In this document: in pieces, positions 38,881 through 58,032 of the stretch
How positions within the stretch are numbered: the stretch's first letter is position 1
How the letters are laid out: every line of letters starts with the position of its first letter
Translations under genes and position numbers: made by a program
The notes under the pieces: model-generated
Database searches by the model: none
The model's input: only the letters and a program-made list of their open reading frames with translations
What the model was told of the DNA's origin: nothing
Assembly: GCF_009914755.1 (NCBI RefSeq)
Contig: NC_060940.1
Length of the DNA stretch: 64,000 bases
Direction: 5' to 3' (one strand)
Source: the human T2T-CHM13v2.0 reference genome, Homo sapiens

Positions 38881-40351
38881 TCTACTGTGTGCCAGTCACT
38901 GTTTACTGGGGATACAGCATCAGACAGATGAAAGCCCCTGCCTTCAAGGAGCTGACTTTCTAGTGCAGGAAGACAGATCAGAAGCAAGACAAATAGGCTG
39001 AGTGTGGTAGCTCAGCAATTTGAGAGGCCGAGGTGAGAGGATGAAGAGTTTGAGACCAGCCTGGCCAACGCAGTGAGACCCCATCTCTATGAATAAGAAA
39101 CAAGAAAAGATGACAAAGAAGCTTGTCTTTCAGGAGCAGACGTATAGGGGGCCAGGAAACGCCTCGAGACACAGGCTTGGCACCTATGAGCCAGTCTCCA
39201 TTAGGACCAGGTCATATTCAGCTTTGATAAGCAGGAGTGGAACAAGCCAAGCAAGTGACACTCAATTTTGCAAGCAGCAGCCACCTGTGTCCCCTTCTCA
39301 TCGTGGACTCCCGGGTGTGGGTCAGCATCAGCACACCTGGCTTGGGTGAGGATGAGCTGGTGGCCACCTCTGTGTCATTTGAAAACACCCATGTTTCTTT
39401 CACAGGCGGACCATAGGTGCTGCCTATCGCCCGGGAAATAAAACATGTAGTTTATGAGTGCAAACAAGGAAAAAGTTCAAGCACAAAAACACAAATGCCT
39501 CTGGGAGGATTGACATGTTAGCTGAGGAATCCCAGCTTGGAACCTGGGACCGGTAACTTCACCTGTCAGAATTTCAGTTTGTCTGTAAAATGGAGAGGGG
39601 ATGTTCATCTTACAGAATCGTTGTGAAATTCAATAACAGAATGTGCCCCGCCCATGGCAGGCACTCAACAGATACTCACTGCTGCTCTGTGCTGGGGTGA
39701 TCTACAGTCATTGGTCATTATCTTCCTGGCATCCAGAAGCTTACTCACTAATTTACCTTTACTGTTTACAGGTTGACATCATTTCACAATCAAAGATCGA
39801 GTGCCAATTCCTATAGCTGTCAGGAGCTCAGCTGAGCTGCAAGAGGGCGGGCTGAGCTGTCAGGTGGCAAAGCAATAAGCCAAAAATGACAGCGTTACGC
39901 CCGTGATCACTCACCGTGATGGTACAAGCAGGAGGTTAAAACCGGAGAAAGCACCAACTGCCCTTCTCCCGTTTCCCCACGGAACAGGGCATCAGTTGAG
40001 GATCTGGTGTATCATCCAGATGTGGGGGAACCAGGCAAAAGGCTCCTGACAGTATTATGGACCTGGGTAGGGGGCAAGAGAGGGGGCTAGGACTGGAAAA
40101 GTACTGAGTAACAAGCCAGGGTGGGGAAAAGGGTCTTCTTTTCCCTCCTTCTGGTCATAAGAGAACCCTGAAGAAGATCCCTGCCCAAGGCCTCAGATCA
40201 GGAGACCTAGGAAGGCAGGCAGCAGGGCTAAAAATGTAGACATGCATCAGAGCAGAGCCGTGGGGACTGAGACCACGATGCAACCCCCTCTGGAGATCAC
40301 AGGGTACTGGCTGTACCCCAAGTCTGGTGTGGGGAGGGCAGCTTCCCCTAA

Positions 40352-40591
<240 letters not shown>

Positions 40592-41253
40592 TAGTGGAGA
40601 TGGGGGTTTCACCATATTGGCCAGGCTGGTCTCCAACTCCTGACCTTGTGATTCACCCGCCTCAGCCTCCCAAAGTGCTGGAATTACAGGTGTCAGCCAC
40701 CACACCTGGCCACATGTGGGTTTTTAACCAGGGGCCACGCTCCTCTGCTGTGTTATCCAAGGCCTGAAGCATTGAGACAGTGCATTGCTGTTACCTGGCC
40801 CAGGAGTGGGGTGTCCACACATTGGGCGTGCCCAGGACAGCCTCAATTCTGCTGCCCGGCCTACTCATTAACAGCTGCCCTTTTGTCTTTGACATGTCCT
40901 ATTTAGGCTTACCCTTATAATTTTTAATATAGAAGAAGATTGTCTAAATCATTTTACTGAAAAATGGCACAGTGGTTTTTCTTTTTTTTTTAATAGCTGG
41001 TACAATGAGTAGCAAGGATAGAGCCACAGACTTTTTAAAGATATAAAGATAACCTTCAACAGATAAACAAAATGTCATCTATGCACACAATGGACTACAA
41101 TCTGGCTATAAAAAGCAATGGAGCAATGACACCTGCCACAGCGTGGGTGGCCCTTGAAAACATTATGCCATGTAAAAGAAGCCAGGCATCGGCTAGACGT
41201 GGTGGCTCACACCTGTAATCCCAGCACTTTGGGAGGCTGAGGCAGGCGATTCA

Positions 41254-41517
<264 letters not shown>

Positions 41518-41925
41518 CTATGATTCCCTTTACATGATACGTACAGAATGGGCAAATCTATAGAGCTGGAGAGTAGATCAGTTGATTGCCAGGGGCTGGG
41601 AGTGGCAGGGAGAGGAGATTGAGAGTCGTCAACTAAAGGGTACGGGATTTTTGGTTTTGTTTTGAGACCATATCTCATTCTGTCACCCAGGCTGGAGAGC
41701 AGTGGTATGATTTCAGCTCACTGCAATCTCTGCCTCCCAGGTTCAAGCAATTCTCCTGCCTCAACCTCCTGAGTAGCTGAGATTATAGGCACCTGCCATC
41801 ATGCCCGGCCAATTTTTGTATTTTTGTAGAGACAAGTCACCATGTTGGCCAGGCTAGTCTGGAACTCCTGACCATAGGTGATCTGCCCAGCTCAGCCTCC
41901 CAAAGTGCTGGGATTACAGGCGTGA

Positions 41926-42402
<477 letters not shown>

Positions 42403-42428
42403 TAGCCAGGATGGTCTTAATCTCCTGA

Positions 42429-42626
<198 letters not shown>

Positions 42627-43432
42627 TAAGCCACCACGCCCGGCTGAATTGTACACTTTAAATGGGTGAATTGTGTGACATGTAGATAACATCTCAATAA
42701 AGCTATTGCCAAAGAAGCCAAAAAGTTCTTACCGCAAAGCCCTGTGTGAGTGGCTGTTATACAGCAGAGTCTACGATGGGGTCTGAAACCTTCTCCCTGC
42801 GTTAGGAGGCCTGCCTCTCCCGGCACTTTTCCCATTTCTTGGCTACTCAGAGATGCACCAGCCACTTCACCTGTGGCTCAGCTCTATAATCGACCCCTGC
42901 TTCCAATCCCCACGTCCTCCAAGCAGAAATACGCCTGCCCAGGATCACAGGTACCCTAGCTGCTAAGGCCTCCGTGGTAATGAGCCCTTATGTAAAGACG
43001 ACAGCCCCGTGCCCAGTCCCCTTCCTGCCCTTGCTTCCAGGGAATGGGCCCTATTAGCCATGCCCTGAGCAGGACACACGTGCAGCCCTAGATCTGTAGA
43101 CGCAAGACTCACTCCAAAGATGGGATTCTCAGCTCAGGGAGGGAGGGAGGCAGCCCCCAGGGCCCACCGGTGGAAGGAATGTGGGGGCCTTCGAATGACC
43201 TGCAAAGGTGGCTCCTGGCCCCATCCTCACCTGAGCCAGATGTGTGAATACAGACGCCCGCCCCTGGCAGCAGACAGTGGGAAGGAGACACAGGGGGCTG
43301 ATTCTTGCAAAGTTGAGTGTCATTTCTTGGCTTGCTCTGCTCCTGCGTATCAAAGCTGACCACAGCCTGGTGCTCATTGAGACCTGTGTCTCAAGGGTTT
43401 CCTAGTTTACCGAAGAGCTGGCTCCGGTGGGC

Positions 43433-43881
43433 TGTAGGGCAAACGCACCTGAACGCAATAACCTGCGCACATCCTTAGGATGACCTGGATGGCAGACTCA
43501 CCTGAATGTGAGTCCCAGCTACGGAATCCGGGAATGGCCAACCTGGAGATTTGTTTCCTGTCTATGAGAAACATCTGAGCCCCTGGCCCATCCCATGAAA
43601 CACAGGCCCTCCAAGGGATGGAGGCTCTGAGTTTTAGGTTACATGAAGGTTGCCAGGTGGAGGTCGTTAAGGGGAGGGTGTTAAGTGAAAATGCTGAATA
43701 AACTGCATGCTGTTTGCAAGTGGCTGCAGTTTCCCTCTCCAGCCCACCAGCACCTGCACTCTCTCCCCTGTGTCTAAGTCCCGAATCAAACCCAATGTCT
43801 CCTTTGCTGGCTCTGCATTTCTTCTTCAGCCTCTTGAACTTGTTACCTCCCTAGTGAAACTAACAGGGTTTCAGCACAACA
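43433..43881 (+). mobile_element. LTR47-like solo LTR
   Basis: tgtagggcaaacgcacctga...ggaatccgggaatggccaacc.ggagatt...; ends in ...cacaaca (TG...CA termini). Confidence 0.7.
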
Positions 43882-44288
43882 TAGGCCAAAACAGCAAGCC
43901 CCTAGCATATTCCAGCATGTTCTGGAATGTTCCAGCAGGTACTGTCTTCTCCCCTAGACCTGTCCATTTCCCAACACAGACATTTAGCGCTGGAGGAATC
44001 AGCCTACCTCTTCTTCGAAAGGAGAGGAACTCGGTGTGGGAAGCTCAAATGAGTTGTCCCAGCCCTGCAGCAGGTTGCAAGTAGCTCAGTCATGGTTCTT
44101 GATGAATCAAATGCTTTCACTTTACTTTCTTCCCTAATTCAACAAGCATGTCCTATACATTTTAACCCAACATTGTACTGGTTCCAAAGATGTTGATACT
44201 GAGGTCCTGTCCTCAGATTCTACCATTTGCTTTATAAGTATTATTTAATTATACATTATAGTCTTTTTTTTTTTTTTTTTTTTTTTGA

Positions 44289-44447
<159 letters not shown>

Positions 44448-44721
44448 TAGTAGAGATGGAGTTTCTTCATGCTGGCCAGGCTGGTCTCGATCTCCCGACC
44501 TCAGTTGATCCGCCTGCCTTGGCCTCCCAAAGTGCTGGGATTACAGGTGTGAGCCACCGTGCCTGGCCATTATATTATAGTCTTAACACAGTTGGTAATG
44601 GTTACTACCTCACTGAAACCTCCATTCTGATTTACGCTGCATCCACAGTTCACTCTATCCTCATTTTACCAATTGTCACATGAAACAATACAAATTGGTG
44701 TATTTTCTTTGATCGAGGTGA

Positions 44722-45039
<318 letters not shown>

Positions 45040-46056
45040 TAGAGAGAGGGTTTCACCATGTGGCCCAGGCTGGTCTCAAACTCCTAGGCTCAAGCGACCC
45101 TCCTGCCTCGACCTCCCAAAGTGTTGGGATTACAGGCATGAGTCACCACGCCTGGACTGCAAAACATTTTCCTCACCCCCAAAGGAGACCCCAGATCCAT
45201 GAAGCAGTCACTTCCCATTCTCCCCTCTTCCCAGCCCCTGACAACCACCAATTTGTCATCTGTATCTATGGATCACCTATTCTGCATATTTCACATAAAT
45301 GGAATCATACAACAGGTGACCTTTGCTGCCTGGCTTCTTTCACGTGGCATAACGTTTCCAAGGCTCATCCACACTGTAGTATGTGTTAGTGCTGCATTCC
45401 TTGTTATGGAAATTGGTGTATTTTAACCATGTTTGGGTCAGTGACAGACACTCGATCCCCAAACATTGGAAATGTTTCCTTTGACCCATGCACTTTGCCC
45501 AGGTGTTCTCAATGAGGTGATTTGATTTTGTTTCTCCAGAGACATTTAGTGATGTCTGGAGTATTTTTTTTTTTTTTTTTGAGACAGAGTTTCACTCTTT
45601 CGCCCAGGCTGGAGTGTAGTGGCGCGATCTTGGCTCATCGCAACCTCTGCCCCCGGGTCCAAGCGATTCTCCTTGGCTCAGCCTGCCGAGTAGCTGGGAT
45701 TACAGGCGCCCGCCACTACGCCCAGCTAATTTTTGTATTTTTAGTAGAGATGGGGTTTCATCATGTTAGCCAGGCTAGTCTCGAACTCCTGACCTCAGGT
45801 GATCCACCTGCCTTGGCCTCCCAGAGTGCTAAGATTACAGGCATGAGCCACTCTGCCTGGCCTGGAGTATTAATATTTTTGATTGTCACAACTGGGGACT
45901 GCTACTGGCATCTATCTCTGGGTAGAGGCCAGGGATGCTGCTACACATCTTCCAATGCACAGGATGGACTCAGAACAAGGAATGATCTACCCCAAGGTGT
46001 CAATAGTGCCAAGGTCAAGAACCCTGATTTCAGTTCCTTCTGTCTGGCTGATCTGA

Positions 46057-46386
<330 letters not shown>

Positions 46387-47184
46387 TGAATCTCCAGCCA
46401 CGTAGCTTGGGAATCTGTATTTTTAACAAGGCCAAGGTGAATTGTAGGACCAGAAGAAGTTACTCTGTTATGAATTTCTTGGCAACTGTGTAAATCTCAC
46501 TTATTCCATGCCTCCTTTCTTTTACTTGTAAAATGATCATGTTTTTCCTTTTTATCTGGAAGAGTTCTTGGCAGGATTGGTGGAGACAGTATTTGAGGAA
46601 GCGTTTATATGCAAGATCACGTTATCATAATATGCAAAGCAAGCATAACATGATGACGTTCCAGTTTAGATTCCCAAGAGCAAGGAGCCTGACTCTCCCA
46701 TTTGCTGCTGCATCCTGGGAACATGTTACACACCCAATACGCACTTACTGATTGAACAGAGGCCCTGGGGACCACAGCATCAGTGATGGAGCCTCACACA
46801 CTCACACCAACCCCCAGGCCGGGCCAGCGACCTGGGGGCACGCTGCAGCTGCAGGCTGATCGGGGCAGCCTTAGCACTTCAGTGGGCCACTTCCTCCATA
46901 AAAATATTTTTAAACATGTATTTTATGACTGTGTTGGTATAAAGAGAAATATAATCCAGGCTGGATTCATTATTATATGCAGGCATTTTTCCCTCTTATG
47001 GAAAAAAATGATAAAATTAAAGACTTTCTGTGGCCCCAGTATGGCTGTGCCCAGGGATAGGTCGGCACTGATGCCTGGTGGCATCTTGAGAGTTCCTAAT
47101 CCAGTTGATCTGGGGCATGGCATGGGCATGGAGCCTTTTAAATGTTCCCCCGGGGGATTGTTTTTTCATTGTTTTTTTTTTTAG

Positions 47185-47640
<456 letters not shown>

Positions 47641-48504
47641 TAATTTTTAATTTTGTAGAGACAAGGTCTCACTATGTTGCCCAGGCTGGTCTTTAATTCC
47701 TGGGCTCCAGCAATCCTCCTGCCTTAGCCTCCCCAAAAGGCATGAAGCCACCGCATCCAGCCTCCCCCAGGGGATTCTAAGGTGCAGCGTGGGGTCTGAG
47801 GACAGTGGCCCTGGCCCTGTCGTACAGGATTCAGTAAGAATCTTTCCCATCTGGAATCATCCACCAGCAGCTGGACATAGCCGTGATTGACAAGGTCGGG
47901 AGGCCAGGCATGGTCCCCTCCACACTGCATAACAATGGAAGGAACAATCATTCCTACCCTTTAGTCCCTGAGATCAGTGAGGCAACAGTCATTTGTCTTC
48001 CCCCTGGGGGTCGTTGGCCTGAAAGTCCTTGCAGGACTCCAGGAGGACTGAAGGCTTCCAGGCCAGTGCAGCTCCGGGCAGCTTGGCCCCTTCCCCTTAC
48101 GCTCCATGCACCCAGAGACACATACACATGTGGATGCACGCTCACACGGGGCCAGACACTCATAGACAGCTACGGAGACACCCGGAGCCCAGCTCACACA
48201 CATGACAGACACCTAGGCCCTCCAACAAACACCCACAGACACACCCACACATACACAGACACACTCCTACATATCCCCCCATACACAGCCCCCAACACAC
48301 ACACACACACACACCTATAGAGACACCCAGACCACCCCCTCACATATACACATGTGGACACTATCTGCTCACTGATAAAGGCCTGAACGGATTTAAGACT
48401 TTAAGACAGAAGGCAGGCAGAACATAAAATGAGGAGGCCATTAAGTTAGACAAACAACTAATGCAGGGAAAGGCAAACCAATGTAACCACAAAGAAAACC
48501 TTCA

Positions 48505-48642
<138 letters not shown>

Positions 48643-48770
48643 TTAAAAATTAGCTGAGTGTAGTGGCGTGTGCCTGTAATCCCAGCTACGCAGGAGGCTG
48701 AGGCAAGCGGATGGCTTGAACCCAGGACTTCCGAGACCAGCCTGAGCAACACAGTGAGACACTGTCTCTA

Positions 48771-49505
<735 letters not shown>

Positions 49506-50436
49506 ATGGAAAGAAGGAAGGAGGGAAGAGGAAGGGGGCAGAAATGTTGGCAGGGCAGCGCTAAGCCCACTGTTCACTCTTCCTAGGCAGGGTCGTGTTT
49601 TCTACCCCAATTGTACAATGGCTGCAACACAGCAGGAGTTAATCAATGATAAACAATGTCAAATCCACAGACACCAACCAGAGGCTTCCAGATGTTACCC
49701 TTCACACTTACTTTACACCGTGACCCCTCCCCCAAACACACACATCTATATATCCAAGTTTTACAAATAATACTCAGATCTATTATGAGTAATGCACTGT
49801 GACTTTTGATGAACCCATTAAGTTGATTTTGCCCATTTGGGAAACCGGCCAAGATCACTTAAGAGGCGCTGCAGTACTAAGAGCTTTAAGAATACTTAAA
49901 TGCTGAGGCCAGGCACAGTGGCTCACATCTGTAATCCTAGCACTTTGGGAGGCCGAGGCAGGCGGATCACTTGAGGTCAGAGGCTTGAGACCAGCCTGGC
50001 CAACACGGCGAAACCCTGTCTCTACTAAAAATACAAAAATTAGCCTGGCGTGAGGGAGCGCACCTGTAGTCCCAGCTACTCAGGAGGCTGAGGCAGGAGA
50101 ATCACTTGAGCCCTGGAGGAGGAGGTTGTAGTGAGCCAAGATTGTGCCACTGCACTCCAGCCTGGGCAACAGAGCGAGACTCCATCTCAAAAAAAAAAAA
50201 AAAAAAAAAAAAAAAAGGAACAGAAAGGGAAAGAAAAGGAGAAAAGGTATTTAATTGGGAGAACATCTTTTTAATACTGCAGAGATCAGTTACAAGGTGG
50301 TGAGTTACATGCAGTAGACTCTATACGTGGTGGTGAGCTATTTATTTATTTATTTATTCATTTTAATCTGAGCTCCAGAATCTTATTTAAAATTCTTAGA
50401 TTAAAAAAAAAAAAAAAGGCCAGGCACAGTGGCTCA

Positions 50437-50913
<477 letters not shown>

Positions 50914-51824
50914 TCAGAGAAGGATTTTTAACATCCCAAACACGACAGGCTCTCACTGGGGAGAAAACTGAGGCCAAATGGTGTGCATATATGAAGCCAT
51001 GTTTATAAATAGTTCAGTATCCAACAGAAGGGTTCTCGTTAGCAACTGGGAAGTCAGTTGTCCCAGAGAAAACATTTTCACGGGTAACACTGTGGTCAGC
51101 AAAGAATCCATCATATGCTTAAGTCTGGCTTCAAGAGATGCAGTAGCTGAATGATTTTGTTAAGCCACAAACCAACACTTCTTAGAAGGCCACCTCGCCT
51201 AGATGGACATAACAGAATATAAGATATACAGTCACTTTTGGTTTCAGATTGGTAAAATTCCTCTTTGCGGTCCAAGTAGGTAGGTATAAAGCCCTTTCAT
51301 TAATTGAATGTGAACCAGTGTTTGCAAGAGACTCTCAAGTCCCCACCAAACAGTGGCAGAACAAAAGAGCCTTTTAATTTGATATGTAAGTCCATACTTC
51401 GAACAGTAAAATGGAATGTCCAATGAACACTTCACACTCCAGGCATCTGACATGAAAGTTCCGCATAAGACATGTTTTTACGATCCTGAAATAGGGCTCT
51501 TGTTTTGAAGACTTTGCATATGTAATTAATAATAGCTTGAGATCATGTACATGCCACCATCTGAGCCAAACTGCTAAATATGCATGGCCCCGAAACTACA
51601 CAATCAAGATCTGGAAAGCAGCAGTTTTTCAAGACTGTAATTTAGGGTTTAAATGACAATTAAGCCACACCAAGATGACATTATTTCCTTGCATCTAGCA
51701 AAATGAAGCTGTATCATCAGGTAGCAAAGGACGGGGGAAGGCGGCATCCATATTCCTGACATGTTACAATACCCTCCTTTTAGCATCTCACAAAGCATGT
51801 TTTGTTCAGAGAATGAATGGGGAC

Positions 51825-53741
51825 AGTTCTCTTTTGTGCATTTTATTAAAACTTGAAAGCTATGGCTTGCCGCCATCAATGACGCCTATTGGGTTCCAAT
51901 AGCCTCATGTTCAAATCTGACTCGTTAGCAAATCCACCCAACTCAACATCGGTCATCTTGACATTGCAGGATATTCAGCAAGTCTGAAGTTTTTAATCGG
52001 GAAGGATTTTCTACCGTTACTGAACAAATAAAGGTTCTTTGTAGCAATGGCTGGAAATGCAACATGAGCCCTTTCTTCACACCAAAAGAACTCATAAATA
52101 GTTCACCGGGTGAACCAAAGACTTTATTTTTCAAAAGCAGGTAACACCAAAGTACTATGTGGTATCCATATTCGTTGCAAAAATGATAATTACTGGAATT
52201 TTCCAAACATCAAATGAAGGGGGATCAATGGTTACCACTATCGTTTTCAACCAATATACAGATGTTCGCTCAAGGTCTAGGTTTTATTTCTACATAGTAG
52301 TATTCACATGAGTTCCCTATTCTGAAGTATTATCAAAACGAGGACCCTTGAAGGTCGAGCCCAGCTTTGTCTTGACTTCAAAGATGACACAGCAGCCAAC
52401 CTAGAATCCTGGCTTGCTGCTTGAGTCCTAGAAATCATGTCTTCTCATGTTTTACAACAAGCTGTGTCTCTGAAAACTAAAATCAGACTTTAGATTCCTC
52501 TGAAACAGTTCTGGTTCCCAAGCATCCGCACCATGGTACCCAGACATGCTCAAAATGTGCTTTCCCTTATCTTTCAAAACCCACCACCAGGAAACCAAAA
52601 CGGACCCCACTCTGAGAGTTCCATGATGAAGGTGTTTAAGAATCACATTAACCCCAAGTAAAGGCAGTAGATGAAATTATCCATTTCTTTTTCTTTTTTT
52701 TTTTTTTAAGTGAGACTACATTGGCAAATGGGAAAATGACACCAATCATTTGATTACAGAAAATGGTTTTATAAATCCTCCTCTTGAAATTATGTTCAGG
52801 CCCAGCATGGTAGCTTATGCCTGCAATCCCAGCACTTCGGGAGGCCAAGGCAGAAGGATCGCTTGAGCCCAGGAGTTCGACACCAGCCTGGGCAACATAG
52901 TAAGACCCCATCTCTGTTTTTTTTTAAAAAAAAGAAATTCTGTTCAAAAGTATTTCAGACCAAAAGGAGGTCATAAAAACTGTTCATATAATTACTCTAT
53001 GAGAAAAAAATCCCTGTATGGAAAGGGGCACTGAAGATCTGGCACAGAGAAACAAGGGGAGACAGGGCAGTGATAAGATCCAGCCCTATTTTTCTAGCAT
53101 GCATTTACGACCTTGTGGATATGTCTGTACTGGGTGTTAATAGCCCCCTCCTTGTATTTAAAAAAAAAATTAAGAAATTAAAGTGAATCTGTGTGCTAAT
53201 GAAGTCTGCAGTTACAGAATCTCAAAGCCAAGCCTGTAAAGTCTGTAAGGCAAGATCTTTGTCATCAGGGACGGGAAGAGACGGATAAGATAATGGTAGG
53301 CACTAAAGGCTGGTTCAGCCGAGCTCTGGGCAGAACAGCCTCAAAAATAAGGCAACTGTGGCTTCTCAGTTTGAGACTGCCACCAGAAAGGCCCATGGAA
53401 GCAGGAAAAAAGAGCCACTGATGGCAGATCACAGGAAGATATTCGGATAGGGCAATGATCACAGTTAGATGGCAGGACTCAGGGTCTCAGGGAGGCAGGA
53501 AACCGTGGAACTGACACTCAAGGGGAATGTCTTTGCAAGTCCTATGCACGACTCCAAGCAGCAATTTCTGGGGTTTGGAGATTTGTTAGTTTTGCGACGT
53601 ATTCCCCCCAAAAGAAGACATGAAGGTGGGCCCCCTGGAGAGGTGAGACCACCAGGGCAGAACCTCCACCAGGCGTGAAGCTGGATGAGAGGTGGAAAGG
53701 ACTTCCTGCGGCACCCGGCTCCCTCCACGTCTGGCTGAGTC
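51825..53741 (-). other. LITAF: LITAF 3'UTR with several AATAAA signals (minus strand: 51842-51847, 52123-52128, 52283-52288)
   Basis: Mostly unique AT-rich sequence after the stop codon; tttatt hexamers on the + strand; 3' end inferred from the distal AATAAA. Confidence 0.75.
52798..52915 (+). mobile_element. FLAM/Alu monomer inside the LITAF 3'UTR (antisense to the mRNA)
   Basis: Left-arm Alu consensus only. Confidence 0.85.
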
Positions 53742-54610
<869 letters not shown>

Positions 54611-55811
54611 CCAGCCAATGCCAAGGCTCCTCCTACAGACAGAGCCCCTTTGAGTATTATTTTCAAATCTGGGGTCATTTGGGAGTCTTTCAAAGTCTTA
54701 GATGGGCTTGGTGAACTTTTTTTGCAAAGGGACAGATAGTAGATCTTTTAGTCTTTTTGTTGCTGTGTTTTGTTTGTTTTTGTAGAGATGGGGTCTTGCT
54801 ATGTTGCACAGGCTGGTCTTGAACTGCTGGCCTCAAGTGATCCTTCCACCTCCGCCTCCCAAATTGCTGGGATTACAGGTGGAAGCCACCACACACCCGG
54901 CCACATACTTTCATCCTGATGAGCCATGGCGTCTCTGTTGCAACTGCTCAACTCTGCCCTTGGAATGAGAAGACAGCCACAGAGAATCCAAAAACCAACA
55001 GGCGTGGCTGTGTTCCCGTAAAACTTAAAACAGGCGCCTGGCTCCAGGGTCGTTTTGCCAACCCCCGTCTTACTGATCTCTTTTCCATATAGACAGGCTG
55101 CTTCTTACAGCAACCAAGTAGAGTTCCCCAAATAATGCCTCTTAACCTACATAATCCACCTTTGGCACACACAGGCAGGAACCTCAGACCGCCTGACAAC
55201 CAATGTTTGCCAAAAATGGAGTTAAAACTCAACCCTTCACAGGAAGACGCTGGTTTACATAAAGCAGAATTTGGAAATATTCTGATGAGGAAATTATCTC
55301 ATGAAAGAAATTTCCTCCTATTGCCTAAGCTTTCCAGAGCTCAAATAAGGGCAGTCAATCCATTCAGCAGGAATCCTAACCTATGGCTTACAGGTGCAGG
55401 CACGGCTCCAGGCAGCACACACACATATTTCATCCTCAGCAGGCCCTGAGGTGGGCGTTATTGCCCCGCACCCCCGTCTACAGATGGGGAAACTGAAGCA
55501 CAGAGAGGTAAAGTCACTTGCCCATGGCCACACAGCTAGTGAGAGGCAGGATTTGAACCCACTCTACCATGTTTAAGGAAGGAACAAAGGGAGGGAAAGA
55601 AAGGTTGCCTCAATTTCTAAAGCCAGACTGGCAGAGGCCAATACTCAATGTAAGTTTCTATTCCTCTATAATCCCAGCACTTTGGGAGGTCAAGGCAGAA
55701 GGACTGCTTGAGTCCAGGAGTTCAAGACCAGCCTGGGCAACATAGTAAAACCCCTGCTTCCACACACACAAAAAAAAAATTTAAAAATTAGCTAGGTATG
55801 GTGGCACACAC

Positions 55812-55909
55812 CTGTGGTCCCAGGTACTCAGGAGGCTGAGCTGGGCGGATTGCAGGAGCCCAGGAGATCAAAGCTGCGGAGAGCTACGATCGTACCACTG
55901 CACTCCTGC
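55812..55909 (-). CDS. LITAF: Alu-derived alternative LITAF exon (alternative C-terminus QECSGTIVALRSFDLLGSCNPPSSAS*, stop at 55828-55830)
   Basis: Antisense Alu arm with acceptor gttgtccag|G CAG GAG and donor CACAG|gtgtgt. In frame with the preceding exon; matches my recollection of a short LITAF isoform C-terminus. Confidence 0.75.
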
Positions 55910-57109
55910 CTGGACAACAGAGCAAGACTCAGCCTCAAACAAAACAAAACAAGTTTCTATTCCATCTTTCCCTGATTCCAAAGATAAAAAATTTGTTTTA
56001 ATACAAATATCCAGAGGCAATGGACTTTTTTTTTTTTTAAGCATTTTCTGCCCACAGAATGAAAACAACAGCAGAGTCCTGTGGGCAAGAGGGGGAATCA
56101 GGTGCCCAGAAAGCTGTTTTGTCTCCTTCCTTCCTTATTTAACACATGACCTCAAGGAAGTTAACTAAACTCTCTGGGACTCTGAGCCTCTTATTGAAGT
56201 TAGGAAGAGAAATATTGTTCCTTCTCAACCTCAAGTCACCAAAGGACAATGTGGAGGAACGTGCCGGTTGCATGAGGCTCCTGAAACTCACAAACACCGT
56301 TTCCTTCAAGGAAAAGAATGGAGCCCCTTGGGGTTTTCTGAGTGGCTCACGTGGCCAGGTATAAGGAAGCTACTTTTACCTGCTTGGTGGGAAACAAAAA
56401 ATTGATTGTGTTTCCTCAGATTTTTCTCCCAGAACAGAAACTGTTATCTCTTTAAACATAATACCTTTGGTGCAGACATAAAATTTATATAATTTCCCTG
56501 CATGGGCAATGGGAAAAATACTTCGGGTCATAAAAGGATAAGAAGTTTTGAAGCAATTCCTATGAAGAATTTTAATGTACAGATTCTTTAAAGCTTCCCT
56601 CGGGCTCGAGCAAAACATTATTATTTAGGTCATGAAATTCTAGAAGAAAAAGGAATCCCTGAGGATATTGCCCTGTACACAGCTGGAAGCAGCTGTGAAG
56701 CTTGTCCCTACATGCAGGGCGTGGTTTCAGCAGATAAGCAAGAAGAAAAGACGGAAGACCAATTTCTGGGGACGGATACGCTTAAGAGCAGCAGGGATGA
56801 CTTGGCCTCCCAGGGGGCATTTTTGTTCAGAACACTGGGGAGCGTGGTGCTCCTAGCATTAAGCGGGTGGGGGCCAGGGATGCTATTCAATATCCTACAA
56901 TGCACAGGACACCCCCTACAATAAAGAAATGTCTTGGGCCAGGCATGATGGCCCACACCTGTAATCCCAGCACTTTGGGAGGCTGAGGCGGGTGGACCAC
57001 CTGAGGTCAGGAGTTCGAGACCAGCCTGGCCAACATGGTGAGACCCTATCTCTACTAAAAGTACAAAATATTAGCCGGGCCTGACGGTGCACACCTGTAA
57101 TCCCAGCTA

Positions 57110-57238
<129 letters not shown>

Positions 57239-57636
57239 TTAGGCCAGGCACAGTGGCTCACACCTGTAACCCCAGCAGTTTGGGAGGCCAAGGTGGGCAG
57301 ATCACCTGAGGTCAGGAGTTTGAGACCAGCCTGGCCAAGATGGTGAAATGCCAGCTCTACTAAAAATAAGCTGGGCGTGGTTGTGCACCCCTATAATCCC
57401 AGCTACACGGGACGCTAAGGCAGGAGAATCGTTTGAACCTGAGCAGTGGGGGTTACAGTGAGCCGAGATCGCCCCACTGTACTCCAGCCTGGGCGACAGA
57501 ACCAGATTCCATCTCAAAAAAAAACAACACAAATGTCTGGCCCTGAATGTCAAGCATGGTGCAGTTGAGAACCCACCCCCGCCAGCACCCAGAGAGAAGG
57601 GCAGGATGGCTTGGGGCCAAGTGGGAGGCAGACTCA

Positions 57637-58032
<396 letters not shown>

